Positions 40,434-51,645 of a DNA stretch of 64,000 nucleotides are shown piece after piece. Every line of letters begins with the position of its first letter. Position 1 is the first letter of the stretch. Where the stretch lies: the NCBI GenBank assembly GCA_040767085.1, contig JAXGPF010000009.1:160001-224000 (forward strand). Direction: 5' to 3'. The stretch comes from Kiritimatiellia bacterium. GTDB taxonomy: Bacteria; Verrucomicrobiota; Kiritimatiellia; JAAZAB01. The position numbers and the translations under genes were made by a program. The notes below the pieces were generated by a model. That model was not told the DNA's origin. It worked only from the letters and a program-made list of their open reading frames with translations, and did no database searches.

Positions 40434-43022
40434 CTAATGCAGTTCCACGGTTAATTCGTCCTTTTTCAAATCAATTTTAAGCGTTCCGGCGCCGCCCCGC
40501 TGGCCGGCCAACAAGGCGCGCGCCGCCGGCGTCTCCACGGCCTGCTGGATAAAACGCTTCAGAGGGCGCGCGCCGTATACCGGATCGTACCCGCGTTGGG
40601 CGATAAACCGGCGCGCGGCGGGCGTCGCGGCCAGGCTCAACCGCTGCTCCGCCAGCCGCTCGCCCAGTTCCGCCAGTTGCAAATCCACGATGCGTTCCAG
40701 TTCCGCCTGGGTCAGGGGCTTGAAGAGCACGATTTCGTCCACGCGGTTGAGAAATTCCGGACGGAACCGCTCGCGCAGCGCCTCCATCACCTGCCGGCGC
40801 GCGCCTTCGCGGAGCTGACCGTCGCGTTCGATGCCCTCCAGCAGCACATGCGACGCAATGTTGCTGGTCATGATCACCACACAGTTTTTGAAATTCACCG
40901 TGCGCCCGTGGGAATCGGTCAACCGCCCTTCGTCCAGCAGTTGCAGGAGGATGTTGAAAACATCCGGGTGGGCTTTTTCAATTTCATCCAGCAGCAGCAC
41001 GCAGTAGGGTTTGCGGCGCACCGCCTCGGTCAATTGCCCGCCTTCCTCGTAGCCGATGTAGCCCGGGGGGGAACCGACCATGCGCGACACGGCATGCTTC
41101 TCCATGTATTCGCTCATGTCCAGGCGCACCAGGTTGTCCGCCGCGTCAAACAGGGTCAGCGCCAGCGCCCGCGCGAGTTCGGTCTTGCCCACGCCCGTGG
41201 GACCGAGGAACAGGAACGAACCGATCGGCCGCTGGGGATTCTTGATGCCGGCGCGCGCGCGCAGCACGGCGTCCGCCACGGCCTGGACGGCCTCATCCTG
41301 TCCCACCACGCGTTCATGCAGCACCTTGTCCAGCCGGAGCAGTTTTTCGCGTTCGCCCTCCAGCAGGCGGGTCAGCGGAATGCGGGTCCAGCGCGCCACG
41401 ACCTCGGCGATTTCCTCCTCGGCGACCTCTTCGCGCAGCATGGCCGCGGCAGCCGCGCCGTCGAGTTTCTGCAGTTGGCGCTCCAGGCCGGGGATGACGC
41501 CATGGCGCAACTCCGCCACGCGCTCCAAGCGGTAAGCGCGCTCGGCGCTTTCGCACTCCTGGCGGGCCTGCTCGATTTTTTCACGCAACACCTGCTTGGC
41601 GGCCAGCGCGCTCTTCTCCTCCTCCCATTGGGCGCGCATGGCGGCGGCCTGCCGCTTCAGCCCGGCCAGTTCCTTGCGCAAAACCTCCAGGCGCTCGCGG
41701 CTGGCCGGGTCTTTTTCCTTCTTCAGCGCCGTTTCTTCAATTTCCAGGCGCAGCGCCTTGCGCGTCACCTCGTCCAGCTCCGCCGGCATGGAATCAATCT
41801 CCGTACGGATGGAGGCGCAGGCCTCGTCCACCAGGTCGATCGCCTTGTCGGGCAGGAACCGGTCGCTGATGTAACGGTTGGAGAGCGTGGCGGCGGCCAC
41901 CAGCGCGGCATCCTGGATGCGCACGCCGTGGTGCAGTTCGAAGCGTTCGCGCAGACCGCGCAGGATGGAGATGGTGTCTTCCACGCTCGGCGGCTCCACC
42001 ATCACCGGCTGGAACCGGCGCTCCAGGGCCGCGTCCTTTTCAACGTGCTCGCGGTATTCATCCAGGGTAGTGGCGCCGATGCAGTGCAATTCCCCGCGCG
42101 CCAGCATGGGTTTCAGCATGTTGCCGGCATCGGACGATCCTTCGGTCTTGCCCGCTCCCACAATCATGTGCAACTCGTCAATGAACAGGATGATCCGGCC
42201 GGCGGCCGCCTTGATCTCATTCAGAACCGCCTTCAACCGCTCTTCGAACTCGCCCCGGAATTTCGCGCCGGCCAGCAGCGCCGTCAGGTCCAGCGCGAAA
42301 ATCGTGCGGTCTTTCAATCCTTCCGGCACGTCGCCGCGCAGGATGCGGTGGGCTAATCCTTCCACGATCGCCGTCTTGCCCACGCCGGGCTCGCCGATCA
42401 GCACGGGGTTATTCTTGGTCTTGCGCGACAGGATGCGGATCACGGACCGTATTTCCTGGTCGCGCCCGATCACCGGGTCGAGCTTGCCCTGGCGCGCCAG
42501 CGCCACCAGGTCCAGGCCGTATTTTTCCAGCGCCTCGTAGGCAGTCTCCGGGTTGGCGCTGGTCACCCGCTGATTGCCGCGCACGGCCGTCAAGGTTTCC
42601 AGGAAGCGCGCCGCGGTGACGCCCATTTCCTTCAACAACCGCCCGGCCGGAGTGCGGTCTTCCTCCTGGATCAGCGCCGCCAGAATGTGTTCCGCCGAGA
42701 CGTACTCGTCCTTCAGGCGGCGGGCTTCATCCTCCGCCGCCAGCAACAGGCGGCTCAGGCGCTGCGTGACATATATTTTGCCGGCTTCCGTGCCGCCGCT
42801 GACCCGCGGCCGGCGGTCCAGTTCCTGCTCGAGCCGGGCTTTCAAGGTCGGCGTCGAGACGCCCATGCGTTCCAGCAGCCTGGCGGTCAGCCCGTCTGTC
42901 TGCTCCGCCATCGCCAGCAGCAGGTGTTCGCCATCCACTTCCTGGTGGCCGCGGCGCAAGGCCAAAGCCTGGGCCGCCTGCAAGGCTTCCTGAACTTTTT
43001 GCGTGGTGCGATTCGCGTCCAT
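40434..43022 (-). CDS. clpB: ATP-dependent chaperone ClpB
   Basis: True start ATG 43022 ([17 protein letters not shown]); two AAA+ domains GEPGVGKT and GPTGVGKT; coiled-coil middle domain. Confidence 0.97.
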   Translation of the reverse strand: MDANRTTQKVQEALQAAQALALRRGHQEVDGEHLLLAMAEQTDGLTARLLERMGVSTPTLKARLEQELDRRPRVSGGTEAGKIYVTQRLSRLLLAAEDEARRLKDEYVSAEHILAALIQEEDRTPAGRLLKEMGVTAARFLETLTAVRGNQRVTSANPETAYEALEKYGLDLVALARQGKLDPVIGRDQEIRSVIRILSRKTKNNPVLIGEPGVGKTAIVEGLAHRILRGDVPEGLKDRTIFALDLTALLAGAKFRGEFEERLKAVLNEIKAAAGRIILFIDELHMIVGAGKTEGSSDAGNMLKPMLARGELHCIGATTLDEYREHVEKDAALERRFQPVMVEPPSVEDTISILRGLRERFELHHGVRIQDAALVAAATLSNRYISDRFLPDKAIDLVDEACASIRTEIDSMPAELDEVTRKALRLEIEETALKKEKDPASRERLEVLRKELAGLKRQAAAMRAQWEEEKSALAAKQVLREKIEQARQECESAERAYRLERVAELRHGVIPGLERQLQKLDGAAAAAMLREEVAEEEIAEVVARWTRIPLTRLLEGEREKLLRLDKVLHERVVGQDEAVQAVADAVLRARAGIKNPQRPIGSFLFLGPTGVGKTELARALALTLFDAADNLVRLDMSEYMEKHAVSRMVGSPPGYIGYEEGGQLTEAVRRKPYCVLLLDEIEKAHPDVFNILLQLLDEGRLTDSHGRTVNFKNCVVIMTSNIASHVLLEGIERDGQLREGARRQVMEALRERFRPEFLNRVDEIVLFKPLTQAELERIVDLQLAELGERLAEQRLSLAATPAARRFIAQRGYDPVYGARPLKRFIQQAVETPAARALLAGQRGGAGTLKIDLKKDELTVELH

Positions 43023-43232
43023 TGAAAATCCTCCTTGCCGACAATGAATTTGCGCCCGGACCGTCAGAGGGATACGGCGCGCATTGGGAGTGCAGTTTAT
43101 CAAGTATAGTGGAGTTTTCAAGATAAATCTTTTCAAACAGGCTGGCATCGCGTATAGTTCCGCGGCAAGGGCTGAACGGCGCGGACCCGCGCGCCCGGCG
43201 CCGCCGGCCGCAGCCCCATACGGAAATGCGCC

Positions 43233-44180
43233 ATGCCTGAATTGCAGAATAATTTTTCCTGGTCGGTCTCCGCGCGCGAGGATTTCCAGGAATGCCATCG
43301 CCGGCGCTACTGGGCCAAGTACGCCATGTGGAACGGCTGGCAGCCATCCGCCGCGCCGCTGCAGCGCACGGCTTACCGCCTGACCAAGATGGAAAACCGT
43401 TTTACCATCCAGGGCAATGCCGTCGAACGCGCCGCCATGTGGCTGCTGGCCGAAAACCGCGCCGGACGCGCCCCGGGAGTGGAAAGCGCTTATGCCGGAA
43501 TTGCCCGGCCTTACCTGAACCGCTGCTGGAGCGAATCCCGCAACCGGCTCTGGCAATCCAATCCCAAGCGCTTTTGCTGCCTGCACGAGCACTATTACCC
43601 CGAGCACCACCAGACGCCCGAGCCGGAAATGACCGTGCGGATGGTGCAAACCATCAAGGACTGCCTGGCGCACTTTCACGCGGCCCTCCTGCCCCGCCTG
43701 GCGCGGATCAGTCCGGACGCGGATGTGCCCATTGCCGCGGCGGGCGCGGGCGATCCGGAATTCTTCCTGCTGGATGAAATCAAGATTTACGCCATCCCGG
43801 ATTATGTCTGCCGCGCCGGCGCCAACCTGGAAATTTTCGACTGGAAATCCGGCGCGCCCCGTCCCGCGCACAGCGACCAGATGGCTGTTTACGGTTTGTG
43901 GGCGCACCGCAAACATAACCAACCGCCGGAAAACATCCTGATCCGCCTGGAATACCTGGCCGCCGGCAAATCGCTCCAGACGGCCCTCTCTGCCGCCGAC
44001 ATCGAAAAAACCGAACATATGATCCGGAGTTCCACCGCCGAAATGGCGGAGTACCTGGAAAATGGCGACATTCGCCGCAATCTCCCCCTCCCCTGCGAAG
44101 AATGGGAATTGTCGGCCGACATGCACGTCTGCCGCCACTGCAATTTTTATGAATTGTGCAAACCGGAATTGGATGCCTAG
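43233..44180 (+). CDS. PD-(D/E)XK nuclease family protein (RecB/AddB/Cas4-like)
   Basis: FSWSVS...ECHRRY; AIPD...IFDWKSG...QMAVY; C-terminal [10 protein letters not shown]. Confidence 0.85.
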   Translation: MPELQNNFSWSVSAREDFQECHRRRYWAKYAMWNGWQPSAAPLQRTAYRLTKMENRFTIQGNAVERAAMWLLAENRAGRAPGVESAYAGIARPYLNRCWSESRNRLWQSNPKRFCCLHEHYYPEHHQTPEPEMTVRMVQTIKDCLAHFHAALLPRLARISPDADVPIAAAGAGDPEFFLLDEIKIYAIPDYVCRAGANLEIFDWKSGAPRPAHSDQMAVYGLWAHRKHNQPPENILIRLEYLAAGKSLQTALSAADIEKTEHMIRSSTAEMAEYLENGDIRRNLPLPCEEWELSADMHVCRHCNFYELCKPELDA

Positions 44181-47100
44181 TCTGAACATGACCGTCCCGA
44201 AGCCGGTGTTGCGGCGGATGCTGCCGCTGGTGACGGGCGCGCTGCTGATGCTGATCGCCGGCGCGGGCGCGGTGCTCTGGCTGCAGCACCGCCATGCGCA
44301 GGCAGTGGAAATCGCCAACCGGATTAAAGATGTCCAGCTCGATCTGCAATTCGACCTGGCCAATCATGCCGCCGACCTGCGCATTGCCCTCCAGTTCGTC
44401 GCCGCCGACCCGGCCACCGGCCAGGCGCTGCAAGACCGCCAGCCAGCCGCCTTGCTGGATAAATGGCGGCCCGTGTACGAAACTCTCCGCCAGCAGCACC
44501 AAATCACCGCGTTCAATTTCTTCAATACCGGCCAGGTCTGCATCTTGAGCCTGCAGGCGCCGGAGCAGGCCGGCGCCCTGGTCAACCGCCTCACTGTCCG
44601 CGCGGCGTCGCAAACCGGCCAACCCGCCACCGGACTGGAACTCAGCCCCGGCGGCGCTTTCGCTTTACGCGTGGTATATCCCGTCCATCACCACGGCGAG
44701 TGCGTCGGCTACGCGGAACTGGGCAAGGATTTCGTGGACATCCTGCGGACGCGCGAACTTTCCCCGGGCACGCACCTGGCGCTGGCCCTGCACAAACGCC
44801 ACCTCCGCCGCGCGGAATGGGAGTCCGCGGCGCGCCGGCGCCGGCATGCCGTGGGCTGGGAACACCTGGCCGACCGCGTCATCCTGTATGCCACGCATAC
44901 CGCTCTGCCCGGCGCCATCGCGAAAGCGGCGCAAGATTCCGCAGACGCGCCCGACAGCGACATTGCCTTCGACCAACGCCTCTGGCGCGCTTCCGCCGTG
45001 CCCCTGCGCGACGCGTCCGGCTCTGAAATCGGCGCGCTGCTGGTCTGGTGCGAACTCACCACGGAGCGCGCGTATTTTTACCGCAACCTCATCCGCGCCG
45101 GCGCCGGCGCCGGCCTCCTCCTGGTCGCCCTGCTGACATTCGTCTTCATCCTGCTCCGCCGCACCGACACCGGCATCCGCGCCCAGAAACTGGAGCTGCT
45201 GGACCAGGAAATGCAGCATCGCATGCTTTTTGAGCACTCGATTTCCGCCATCGCCCTGCATGAAATTGTGACCGACAACGCCGGGCGGCCCGTAGATTAC
45301 ACCTTCCTTCACGTCAACCCGGCCTTCCAGAATCACACCGGGTTGCGCGCGGATGATATCATCGGCCGTGCCGCCAAGGAGGTGCTCCAGGGCTTCGACC
45401 AGAGCTCGTTCCTCAAGATTTACGCCGAGGTTGTCGCCAGCGGCAAACCGGTGAGTTTCGAGGAGTACTCCAAACCGCTCGAACGGCATTTCATGATCAA
45501 CGCCTACCCGATGGGCGGCAAACGTTTCGCCACGGTGTTCTTTGACATCACCGAACGCAAGCAAACCGAATACGCCAACCAACTCGCCAACACCATCCTG
45601 TCCATTCTCAACACCGCCGGCCCACTCCAGGATACCATGCGGCAAATCCTGCTGACGCTCAAGCAGCACACCGGCTGCGATGCCGCCGCCATCCGCCTGC
45701 AGCAGGGCGAGGATTTCCCATATTACATGCAAGACGGCTTCACCGGGGAATTCCTGCTGACGGAAAACTCCCTGCTCCACCTGGACCCCCGGAACGGCGT
45801 CTGCCGCCAAACCGACGGCTCGGCCGAACTGGAATGCACCTGCGGCATGGTGCTCGCCGGCAAAACTGATCCCGCCAGTCCTTTCCACACCGTCGGCGGC
45901 AGTTTCTGGTGCAACGACACCGGCAAATTGAAAAATCCGCCCAACGGCGCGGCGTACCCCCGCCACCTGCGCAACCAATGCTTCCGCCATGGCTACTCCT
46001 CCCTGGCGCTGGTGCCGATCCGCGCCGGCGACCGCATCATCGGCCTGCTGCAATTGAATGGACGCAAGCCGGGATTATTCACATTAAGCGCCATTCACGC
46101 GCTGGAAGCTGCAACCGGCCATATCGGCGAAATGCTGCTGCGCTGGCGCGCGGAAGAAACTCTGCGCGAAAAAAGCGCCGAACTGGACCGCTATTTCACC
46201 ACCAGCCTCGACCTGCTTTGCATCGCCGATACCGACGGCCACTTCATCCGCCTGAATCCTGAATGGGAAAAGGTGCTGGGCTACTCCGTCGCGGAACTCG
46301 CCGGGCGGATTTTCATGGATTTCGTCCATCCCGACGACCTTGCCGCCACCCGGGCGGCCGTCGCCCAACTGCAATCCCAGGTTGAAGTATTAAGCTTTGA
46401 AAATCGGTACCGCCACAAGGACGGCAGTTACCGCTGGATCGAATGGCGTTCGCACCCGCAAGACAAGTTGATTTACGCCGTCGCCCGGGATGTGACCAAT
46501 CGTATAATGGCGGAGCAGGCCCTGCGCGCCGCCAATAAGCAGCTCGAAGCCGCCATCGCCCGCGCCCGCGCCCTGGCTGCCGCGGCGGAAGAGGCCAACC
46601 AGGCCAAGGGCGACTTCCTGGCCAACATCAGCCATGAGATCCGCACGCCCATCAACGGCATTATCGGCATGACCAGCCTCCTGCTCGACAGCCCGCTGGA
46701 TCAACAGCAGCAACACTTCACCGAAAGCATCCGCGCCAATGGCCAGTCGTTGCTGAGCCTGATCAACAATATTTTGGATTATTCCCGGATCGAAGCCCGT
46801 AAACTCGACCTGGAAGAGATGGATTTCAACCTGCCGGAATTGCTGGCGGACCTGGATTCCGCGATGTCATGGCAAGCCCGGGCTAAAAGCATCGCCATTA
46901 CATGGTCCGCCGCTCCCGACGTGCCGGCGCGCGTGCGCGGCGACGCCACCCGCCTGCGGCAGATTTTGACAAACCTGGCGGGCAATGCCATCAAGTTCAC
47001 CGAGTCCGGCTCGGTGTCCATCCACGCCGCGCTCGACCATGCCCGCCTGCCACAGCCGGAGGATAAAGCCGCTGCGGAAGATTGCATTTACCTGCGCTTT

Positions 47101-48171
47101 GCCATCCGGGACACCGGCATCGGGGTCGCCCCGGAAAATATCAGCCGCCTCTTTGAGCGTTTTACCCAGGCGGACGCCTCCGCCACCCGCAAACACGGCG
47201 GCAGCGGGCTGGGCCTGGCTATCGCCAAGCAGTTGGCGGAGTTGATGGGCGGCGCCATCGGTGTCTCCAGTGTCCCGGGCCAGGGTTCGGAATTCTGGTT
47301 CACCGTCCGCCTGCGCCGGCCGCTTTCCGATGCCGGCGAGGATGATTCGGCGCCGCAAGCATTTCATGCCATCCAGCCCGTATTCCAGGGACGCAATGCG
47401 CGGGTGCTGCTGGCGGAAGACAATCCCGTCAACCAGGAGGTGGCGCTGGGGATGCTGGTGAAAATGGGATTGCAAGCCGACACCGTCTCCGATGGCGCCG
47501 AAGCGGTCCATGCCGTGGCAACGGGCGGATATGACCTGATCCTGATGGACATTCAAATGCCCTTCATGGACGGGCGGACTGCCGCCAGCAAAATCCGGGA
47601 TTGGGAAAAAACCGCCAAGCCCGCTGCCCGCCCTCCCATCCCGATTATTGCCATGACCGCGCACGCCATGCCGGATGACCGCGATCAATGCCTGGCAGCG
47701 GGCATGAACGACTATTTGCCCAAGCCGGTCACCCCGCAGGTCCTGGCCGCCATGCTGGCCAAATGGCTGCCGGCCGGCCCGGCGCGCGGAAGCGGGGATG
47801 CTGCCTCCGCCGCGTATCCGCCGATCCGGTCCGCGGATGCGCCGCCGGTATTCGACCGGGCCGGCATGGCCGCCCGGCTGCTGAACGATGCCGACCTGAT
47901 CCGCCGGGTGCTGGACACCTTTTTAAACGATATGCCCCGCCAACTGGCGCGCTTGCGCGAGTTGCTGGAGACCGGCGATAACGCGGAAGCGGCGCGCCAG
48001 GCCCATACCATCAAGGGCGCCGCCGCCAGTATCGGCGGCGAACGCCTGCGTCAGCTCATGGATGAGATTGAAAGCGCGGTTACCGCCCGCCCGGCGGCCG
48101 GCGGCCCGGCCTGGATCGCCCGCGCGGAAAAAGAATTTGATTTATTGCGCGCGGCGATGGAACAACGCTGA
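44173..48171 (+). CDS. Hybrid sensor histidine kinase (TM-periplasmic-TM, PAS, GAF, PAS, HisKA, HATPase, REC, Hpt)
   Basis: [63 protein letters not shown]; start 44173 or 44188. Confidence 0.93.
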   Translation: MPSLNMTVPKPVLRRMLPLVTGALLMLIAGAGAVLWLQHRHAQAVEIANRIKDVQLDLQFDLANHAADLRIALQFVAADPATGQALQDRQPAALLDKWRPVYETLRQQHQITAFNFFNTGQVCILSLQAPEQAGALVNRLTVRAASQTGQPATGLELSPGGAFALRVVYPVHHHGECVGYAELGKDFVDILRTRELSPGTHLALALHKRHLRRAEWESAARRRRHAVGWEHLADRVILYATHTALPGAIAKAAQDSADAPDSDIAFDQRLWRASAVPLRDASGSEIGALLVWCELTTERAYFYRNLIRAGAGAGLLLVALLTFVFILLRRTDTGIRAQKLELLDQEMQHRMLFEHSISAIALHEIVTDNAGRPVDYTFLHVNPAFQNHTGLRADDIIGRAAKEVLQGFDQSSFLKIYAEVVASGKPVSFEEYSKPLERHFMINAYPMGGKRFATVFFDITERKQTEYANQLANTILSILNTAGPLQDTMRQILLTLKQHTGCDAAAIRLQQGEDFPYYMQDGFTGEFLLTENSLLHLDPRNGVCRQTDGSAELECTCGMVLAGKTDPASPFHTVGGSFWCNDTGKLKNPPNGAAYPRHLRNQCFRHGYSSLALVPIRAGDRIIGLLQLNGRKPGLFTLSAIHALEAATGHIGEMLLRWRAEETLREKSAELDRYFTTSLDLLCIADTDGHFIRLNPEWEKVLGYSVAELAGRIFMDFVHPDDLAATRAAVAQLQSQVEVLSFENRYRHKDGSYRWIEWRSHPQDKLIYAVARDVTNRIMAEQALRAANKQLEAAIARARALAAAAEEANQAKGDFLANISHEIRTPINGIIGMTSLLLDSPLDQQQQHFTESIRANGQSLLSLINNILDYSRIEARKLDLEEMDFNLPELLADLDSAMSWQARAKSIAITWSAAPDVPARVRGDATRLRQILTNLAGNAIKFTESGSVSIHAALDHARLPQPEDKAAAEDCIYLRFAIRDTGIGVAPENISRLFERFTQADASATRKHGGSGLGLAIAKQLAELMGGAIGVSSVPGQGSEFWFTVRLRRPLSDAGEDDSAPQAFHAIQPVFQGRNARVLLAEDNPVNQEVALGMLVKMGLQADTVSDGAEAVHAVATGGYDLILMDIQMPFMDGRTAASKIRDWEKTAKPAARPPIPIIAMTAHAMPDDRDQCLAAGMNDYLPKPVTPQVLAAMLAKWLPAGPARGSGDAASAAYPPIRSADAPPVFDRAGMAARLLNDADLIRRVLDTFLNDMPRQLARLRELLETGDNAEAARQAHTIKGAAASIGGERLRQLMDEIESAVTARPAAGGPAWIARAEKEFDLLRAAMEQR

Positions 48172-48198
48172 TCTGAACGAAACGCAAAGGGTGTCTTG

Positions 48199-48828
48199 AT
48201 GAATATTTTAATTGCCGATGACGATCCTACTTCCCGGGCCCTGATGAGCGGCATCCTGGAAAAAAGCGGGCATACGCCCGTCATCACCATGGATGGCGCC
48301 GCGGCATGGGCGGCGCTGCAAGCGCCGATGGCGCCGCGCCTGGCGATCCTGGACTGGATTATGCCGAACCTGGACGGCATGGAAGTCCTGCGCCGCGCCC
48401 GCGCCCTGCCGCCCAACGCCATACCGTTTATCATCATCCTCACCACCAAGGGCGAAAAATCCGACATCGTCGCCGCCCTGGACGCCGGCGCCGACGACTA
48501 TTTGACCAAGCCCTGCGACGCCGGAGAACTCCGCGCGCGCATCGAAGTCGGCCGGCGGATGATCGAGATGCGGGACGCCCTGGCCGCCAAGGTCGAAGAA
48601 TTGCGCCAGGCCCTGGAGCAGATCAAAACCCTGCGCGGGATTGTGCCCATCTGCGCCAAATGCAAGAAAATCCGGAACGACCGCGGCTACTGGGAACAGG
48701 TGGAAGTGTATATCCACAACCATTCCGAAGCCGATTTCAGCCATAGCATCTGCCCGGATTGTCTGCGGAAACTTTACCCGGAATTTGCGTCGGAAATTGA
48801 AAACCGCCCGCCGGACCAGCCGTCATAG
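48199..48828 (+). CDS. Response regulator with C-terminal Cys/His motif
   Basis: ILIADDD, ILDWIMP, DYLTKP; tail PICAKCKKIR...FSHSICPDC. Confidence 0.9.
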   Translation: MNILIADDDPTSRALMSGILEKSGHTPVITMDGAAAWAALQAPMAPRLAILDWIMPNLDGMEVLRRARALPPNAIPFIIILTTKGEKSDIVAALDAGADDYLTKPCDAGELRARIEVGRRMIEMRDALAAKVEELRQALEQIKTLRGIVPICAKCKKIRNDRGYWEQVEVYIHNHSEADFSHSICPDCLRKLYPEFASEIENRPPDQPS

Positions 48829-48900
48829 TCCGGCGGCGCGCGACATGCGCGCCGGCCGATCGGAAAATGCGAACCCGCGCCGTGCATCCGGATTGCGCCA

Positions 48901-48965
48901 CTGTAGCGGTCCGGCTTTGCCGGACATCCGGCATCCCAACTGTAGCGGCCGAACTGTGTTCGGCC
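48901..48965 (+). repeat. Tandem pair of GTAG-type REP elements between convergent genes
   Basis: ctgtagcg-gtccggc-ttt-gccggac and ctgtagc-ggccgaac-tgt-gttcggcc. Confidence 0.7.
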
Positions 48966-50225
48966 TTACAAGCCGCGATCGCGCAGGAATTTTTCTTCAT
49001 CCGGCTTACGCCAGCCGGCCACCTTGGCCAGGGGCGTCGGGCGCGCATGGGGATACAGCACAACTTTGCCCTCGACGACCGCGTCTTTAACCGCCGCCAG
49101 GGCCGCCGGGAAGCAGTCCAGGCTGCCAACCATGTCCAGGTGGATGCCCGGGTCAACTTCGCCGGCCGCCACCATGCGCAAGGCCTCGGCCACATCCGCC
49201 GGGCTGCCCCCGCTGGAACCGCAGAGGCGGATTTCGTCATAATGCACTCGCAGGGTATCCAGTTCGATCAGGTGTTCGCCGCGTTTTAACCCGCCAAACA
49301 GGTTCAGGACGCCGCCGCGCGCCAGCCATTGCTGGCTCTCGGTCTGCACCTGCCGCACGCCGACGGCCGCGATAATGTCATCCGCGCCCCGCCCGCCGCT
49401 CAAGTCGCGCACAAGCGCCGGGCCTTCCGCCGCGGTGACGGCATGCAATTGCGTGCCAGCGCGCCGGGCCTTGTCAAACAGTTTGGCTTGAATCCAGCCC
49501 AGCCGCGCCGCGGCAATGTCCATGACCACCAGATGCGCCGGCTGGTAACGCAAGGCCGCCTCGGCATGCAGGCGCCCCATGGGCCCGGCGCCGATGATCA
49601 GCGCCACGCCGCCGCGCAGCAGGCCCAGCCGCGGCACCCGCGGGGCCAACGGCGTTTCCTGGGCAATATGAATGTGGCGGTCCTGGGCGGAAATCACGCA
49701 TGAAAGCGGCTCGCACAAGGCGCCGGCAAAAAACGGAATGCCATCATCCGGCAGCGGCACCAGGCAATCGGCCGCGATCGTTTCCTCGGTGATGAGCATG
49801 TACTGCGCCAGGTGCCCGGGCAACGTGTAGCCTACCGCCACCTTGCTCATTCCCTGCGCCCCGCGGCGGTAACGCTCACGGTGGTTGACCGGCGGATGGT
49901 CCACCGCGGGCTGGGTGGCATAGCGCCGGCCGACGGGATACCGGCCCGCCACGTCCCGGCCCGCCTGGACGATGGTCACGCAGCCTTCATCCCCCAGCGT
50001 CACGGGAAAACTGGCCAAATCCCACCCGTTGATGAAAGTATGGTCCTCGCCCTGCGCCACAAGTTTCAGGATGGAAGAACAGACCCCGGCGGCTTCCACC
50101 CGCGCCAGCAACTGGCCGGGCCCCGGCTGCGGGACCGGCACGGTATCCACCTTGATGTTTTCAAATCCGCGCCCATGCAGGCGCACCGCCAGCATGGTTT
50201 CCGGTATCTGCGCTGGTGTATTCAT
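48966..50225 (-). CDS. Medium-chain (Zn) dehydrogenase, L-sorbose-1-phosphate reductase-like
   Basis: Start ATG 50225; GVCSS, LGDEG, EPLSCV, IGAGPMG, HYDEIRLCGSSGG, GKVVLYP. Confidence 0.8.
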   Translation of the reverse strand: MNTPAQIPETMLAVRLHGRGFENIKVDTVPVPQPGPGQLLARVEAAGVCSSILKLVAQGEDHTFINGWDLASFPVTLGDEGCVTIVQAGRDVAGRYPVGRRYATQPAVDHPPVNHRERYRRGAQGMSKVAVGYTLPGHLAQYMLITEETIAADCLVPLPDDGIPFFAGALCEPLSCVISAQDRHIHIAQETPLAPRVPRLGLLRGGVALIIGAGPMGRLHAEAALRYQPAHLVVMDIAAARLGWIQAKLFDKARRAGTQLHAVTAAEGPALVRDLSGGRGADDIIAAVGVRQVQTESQQWLARGGVLNLFGGLKRGEHLIELDTLRVHYDEIRLCGSSGGSPADVAEALRMVAAGEVDPGIHLDMVGSLDCFPAALAAVKDAVVEGKVVLYPHARPTPLAKVAGWRKPDEEKFLRDRGL

Positions 50226-50241
50226 ATCCTTATCGCCGCTC

Positions 50242-51645
50242 CTACTTCTTGCGCCGCGGCGGCGCATGCACGCAATGGCCAAGCGCCGCATGCGCCGCTT
50301 CCATCCAGGCTTCCGACATGGTGGGATGCGCGTGGATCGTCCGGGCTACATCGCGCAAGGTTAATTCCGCCTGCACGGCCATGGCGGCTTCGGCGATCAA
50401 TTCCGTCGCGTGCGCGCCGATCGCCTGGGCGCCCAGCACCTGCCCGGTGCCGGCATCGGCAATCCACTTCACGAAACCGGCCGCGGCATCCGCCGCCAGC
50501 GCTTTGCCGAGGGCCGCGAAGCTGAATTTGCCGACTGTCACCGCGCGCGACTGTTGCCGGGCTTCCTGTTCGGTCAACCCCACCGCGCCAATCTCCGGCG
50601 CCGTGAAAATGCACGACGGCGTCACGCCGCGGCGCGCCGGGGGCGCGCCGCGTTCAATGGTTTCAACCGCCGCCAGTCCCTGGGCGGTGGCGGCATGCGC
50701 CAATTGCACTCCGCCATTGACGTCGCCGATGGCGAAAATCCCGGCCACGCTCGTCCGGCAAGCTTCATCCGTCTCGATGTAGCCGCGCGCATTGGTCCGG
50801 ACGCCCGCCGCGGCAAGCTCCAGCGCGGCCGTATCCGGCACGCGCCCCACGGCCGCCAGCAGATAATCCGCCGCCAGCCGCTCGCCGCCGGCTTCCGCCT
50901 CCACGCCGCGTTCCGCCCCGGCGGGCGCGACCCGTTCCATTTTAACGCCCGCAAGGATGCGGATTTTAAATTCCTTCTCCATGTGCCGGCGCAACTCGGA
51001 ACGCGTATCGCGGTCCAGCATCAACAGGATGTCTTCCAGCATTTCCACCACCGTCACCCGCGCGCCCAATTGCGCGGCCAGGCATGCCAGTTCGCACCCG
51101 ATAATGCCGCCGCCCATGACGATCAGCGAGGCCGGCAAGTCCGTCAACTCCAGAAACGACCGGCTATCCAGCACCGCCGGGTGCCGCGGCAGAAATCCCG
51201 GCCGGGCCGGCACGGTCCCGGTGGCAATGATAACATGCTCCGCCTCCAGGCGGGCTGCTTCGCGGCCGTCATCCAGGACCGCCACGCCACGGCGGGATTC
51301 GAACCGGCCCGTTCCCCGGTAAACCGATACGCCATGGGCTTTCAGCAATTGCGCAATGCCGTGCTGTAATTGCGACACCACCTGCCGCTTGCGTTCCGCC
51401 ATGGCGGCATAATCCGCCTCCGGCGCACCGACCCGCACTCCCATGCGCGCCGCGCGTTGAATTTCATGGAACACGCCCGCCGATGCCAGCAGGGCCTTGG
51501 TGGGTATGCAGCCCCAGTTCAGGCAGGTGCCGCCCAGCGCTTCCCGCTCCACCAGCGCCACACGCATCCCCGCCTGCGCCGCGCGGATGGCGGCCGGATA
51601 GCCGCCCGGACCGGCGCCCAACACCGTCAGATCATATTTTTCCAT
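50242..51645 (-). CDS. lpdA: Dihydrolipoyl dehydrogenase (E3)
   Basis: GAGPGG, GGTCLNWGCIPTK, GGGIIG, HAHPTMSE. Confidence 0.96.
   Translation of the reverse strand: MEKYDLTVLGAGPGGYPAAIRAAQAGMRVALVEREALGGTCLNWGCIPTKALLASAGVFHEIQRAARMGVRVGAPEADYAAMAERKRQVVSQLQHGIAQLLKAHGVSVYRGTGRFESRRGVAVLDDGREAARLEAEHVIIATGTVPARPGFLPRHPAVLDSRSFLELTDLPASLIVMGGGIIGCELACLAAQLGARVTVVEMLEDILLMLDRDTRSELRRHMEKEFKIRILAGVKMERVAPAGAERGVEAEAGGERLAADYLLAAVGRVPDTAALELAAAGVRTNARGYIETDEACRTSVAGIFAIGDVNGGVQLAHAATAQGLAAVETIERGAPPARRGVTPSCIFTAPEIGAVGLTEQEARQQSRAVTVGKFSFAALGKALAADAAAGFVKWIADAGTGQVLGAQAIGAHATELIAEAAMAVQAELTLRDVARTIHAHPTMSEAWMEAAHAALGHCVHAPPRRKK

Noticed and set aside
43080..43140. CIRCE (HrcA) or sigma32 site upstream of clpB
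   Set aside because: Only one half-site-like GAGTGCA with no partner at 9-nt spacing; the CTTGAAA elements lack a correctly spaced CCCCAT.
43233..44180. CRISPR-Cas locus around the Cas4-like gene
   Set aside because: No regularly spaced repeats and no other cas genes in the window.
43023..44363. N-terminal 450-aa extension of the 1309-aa ORF containing clpB
   Set aside because: Antisense shadow of the nuclease and kinase genes; ClpB begins at ATG 43022 with a clear SD.
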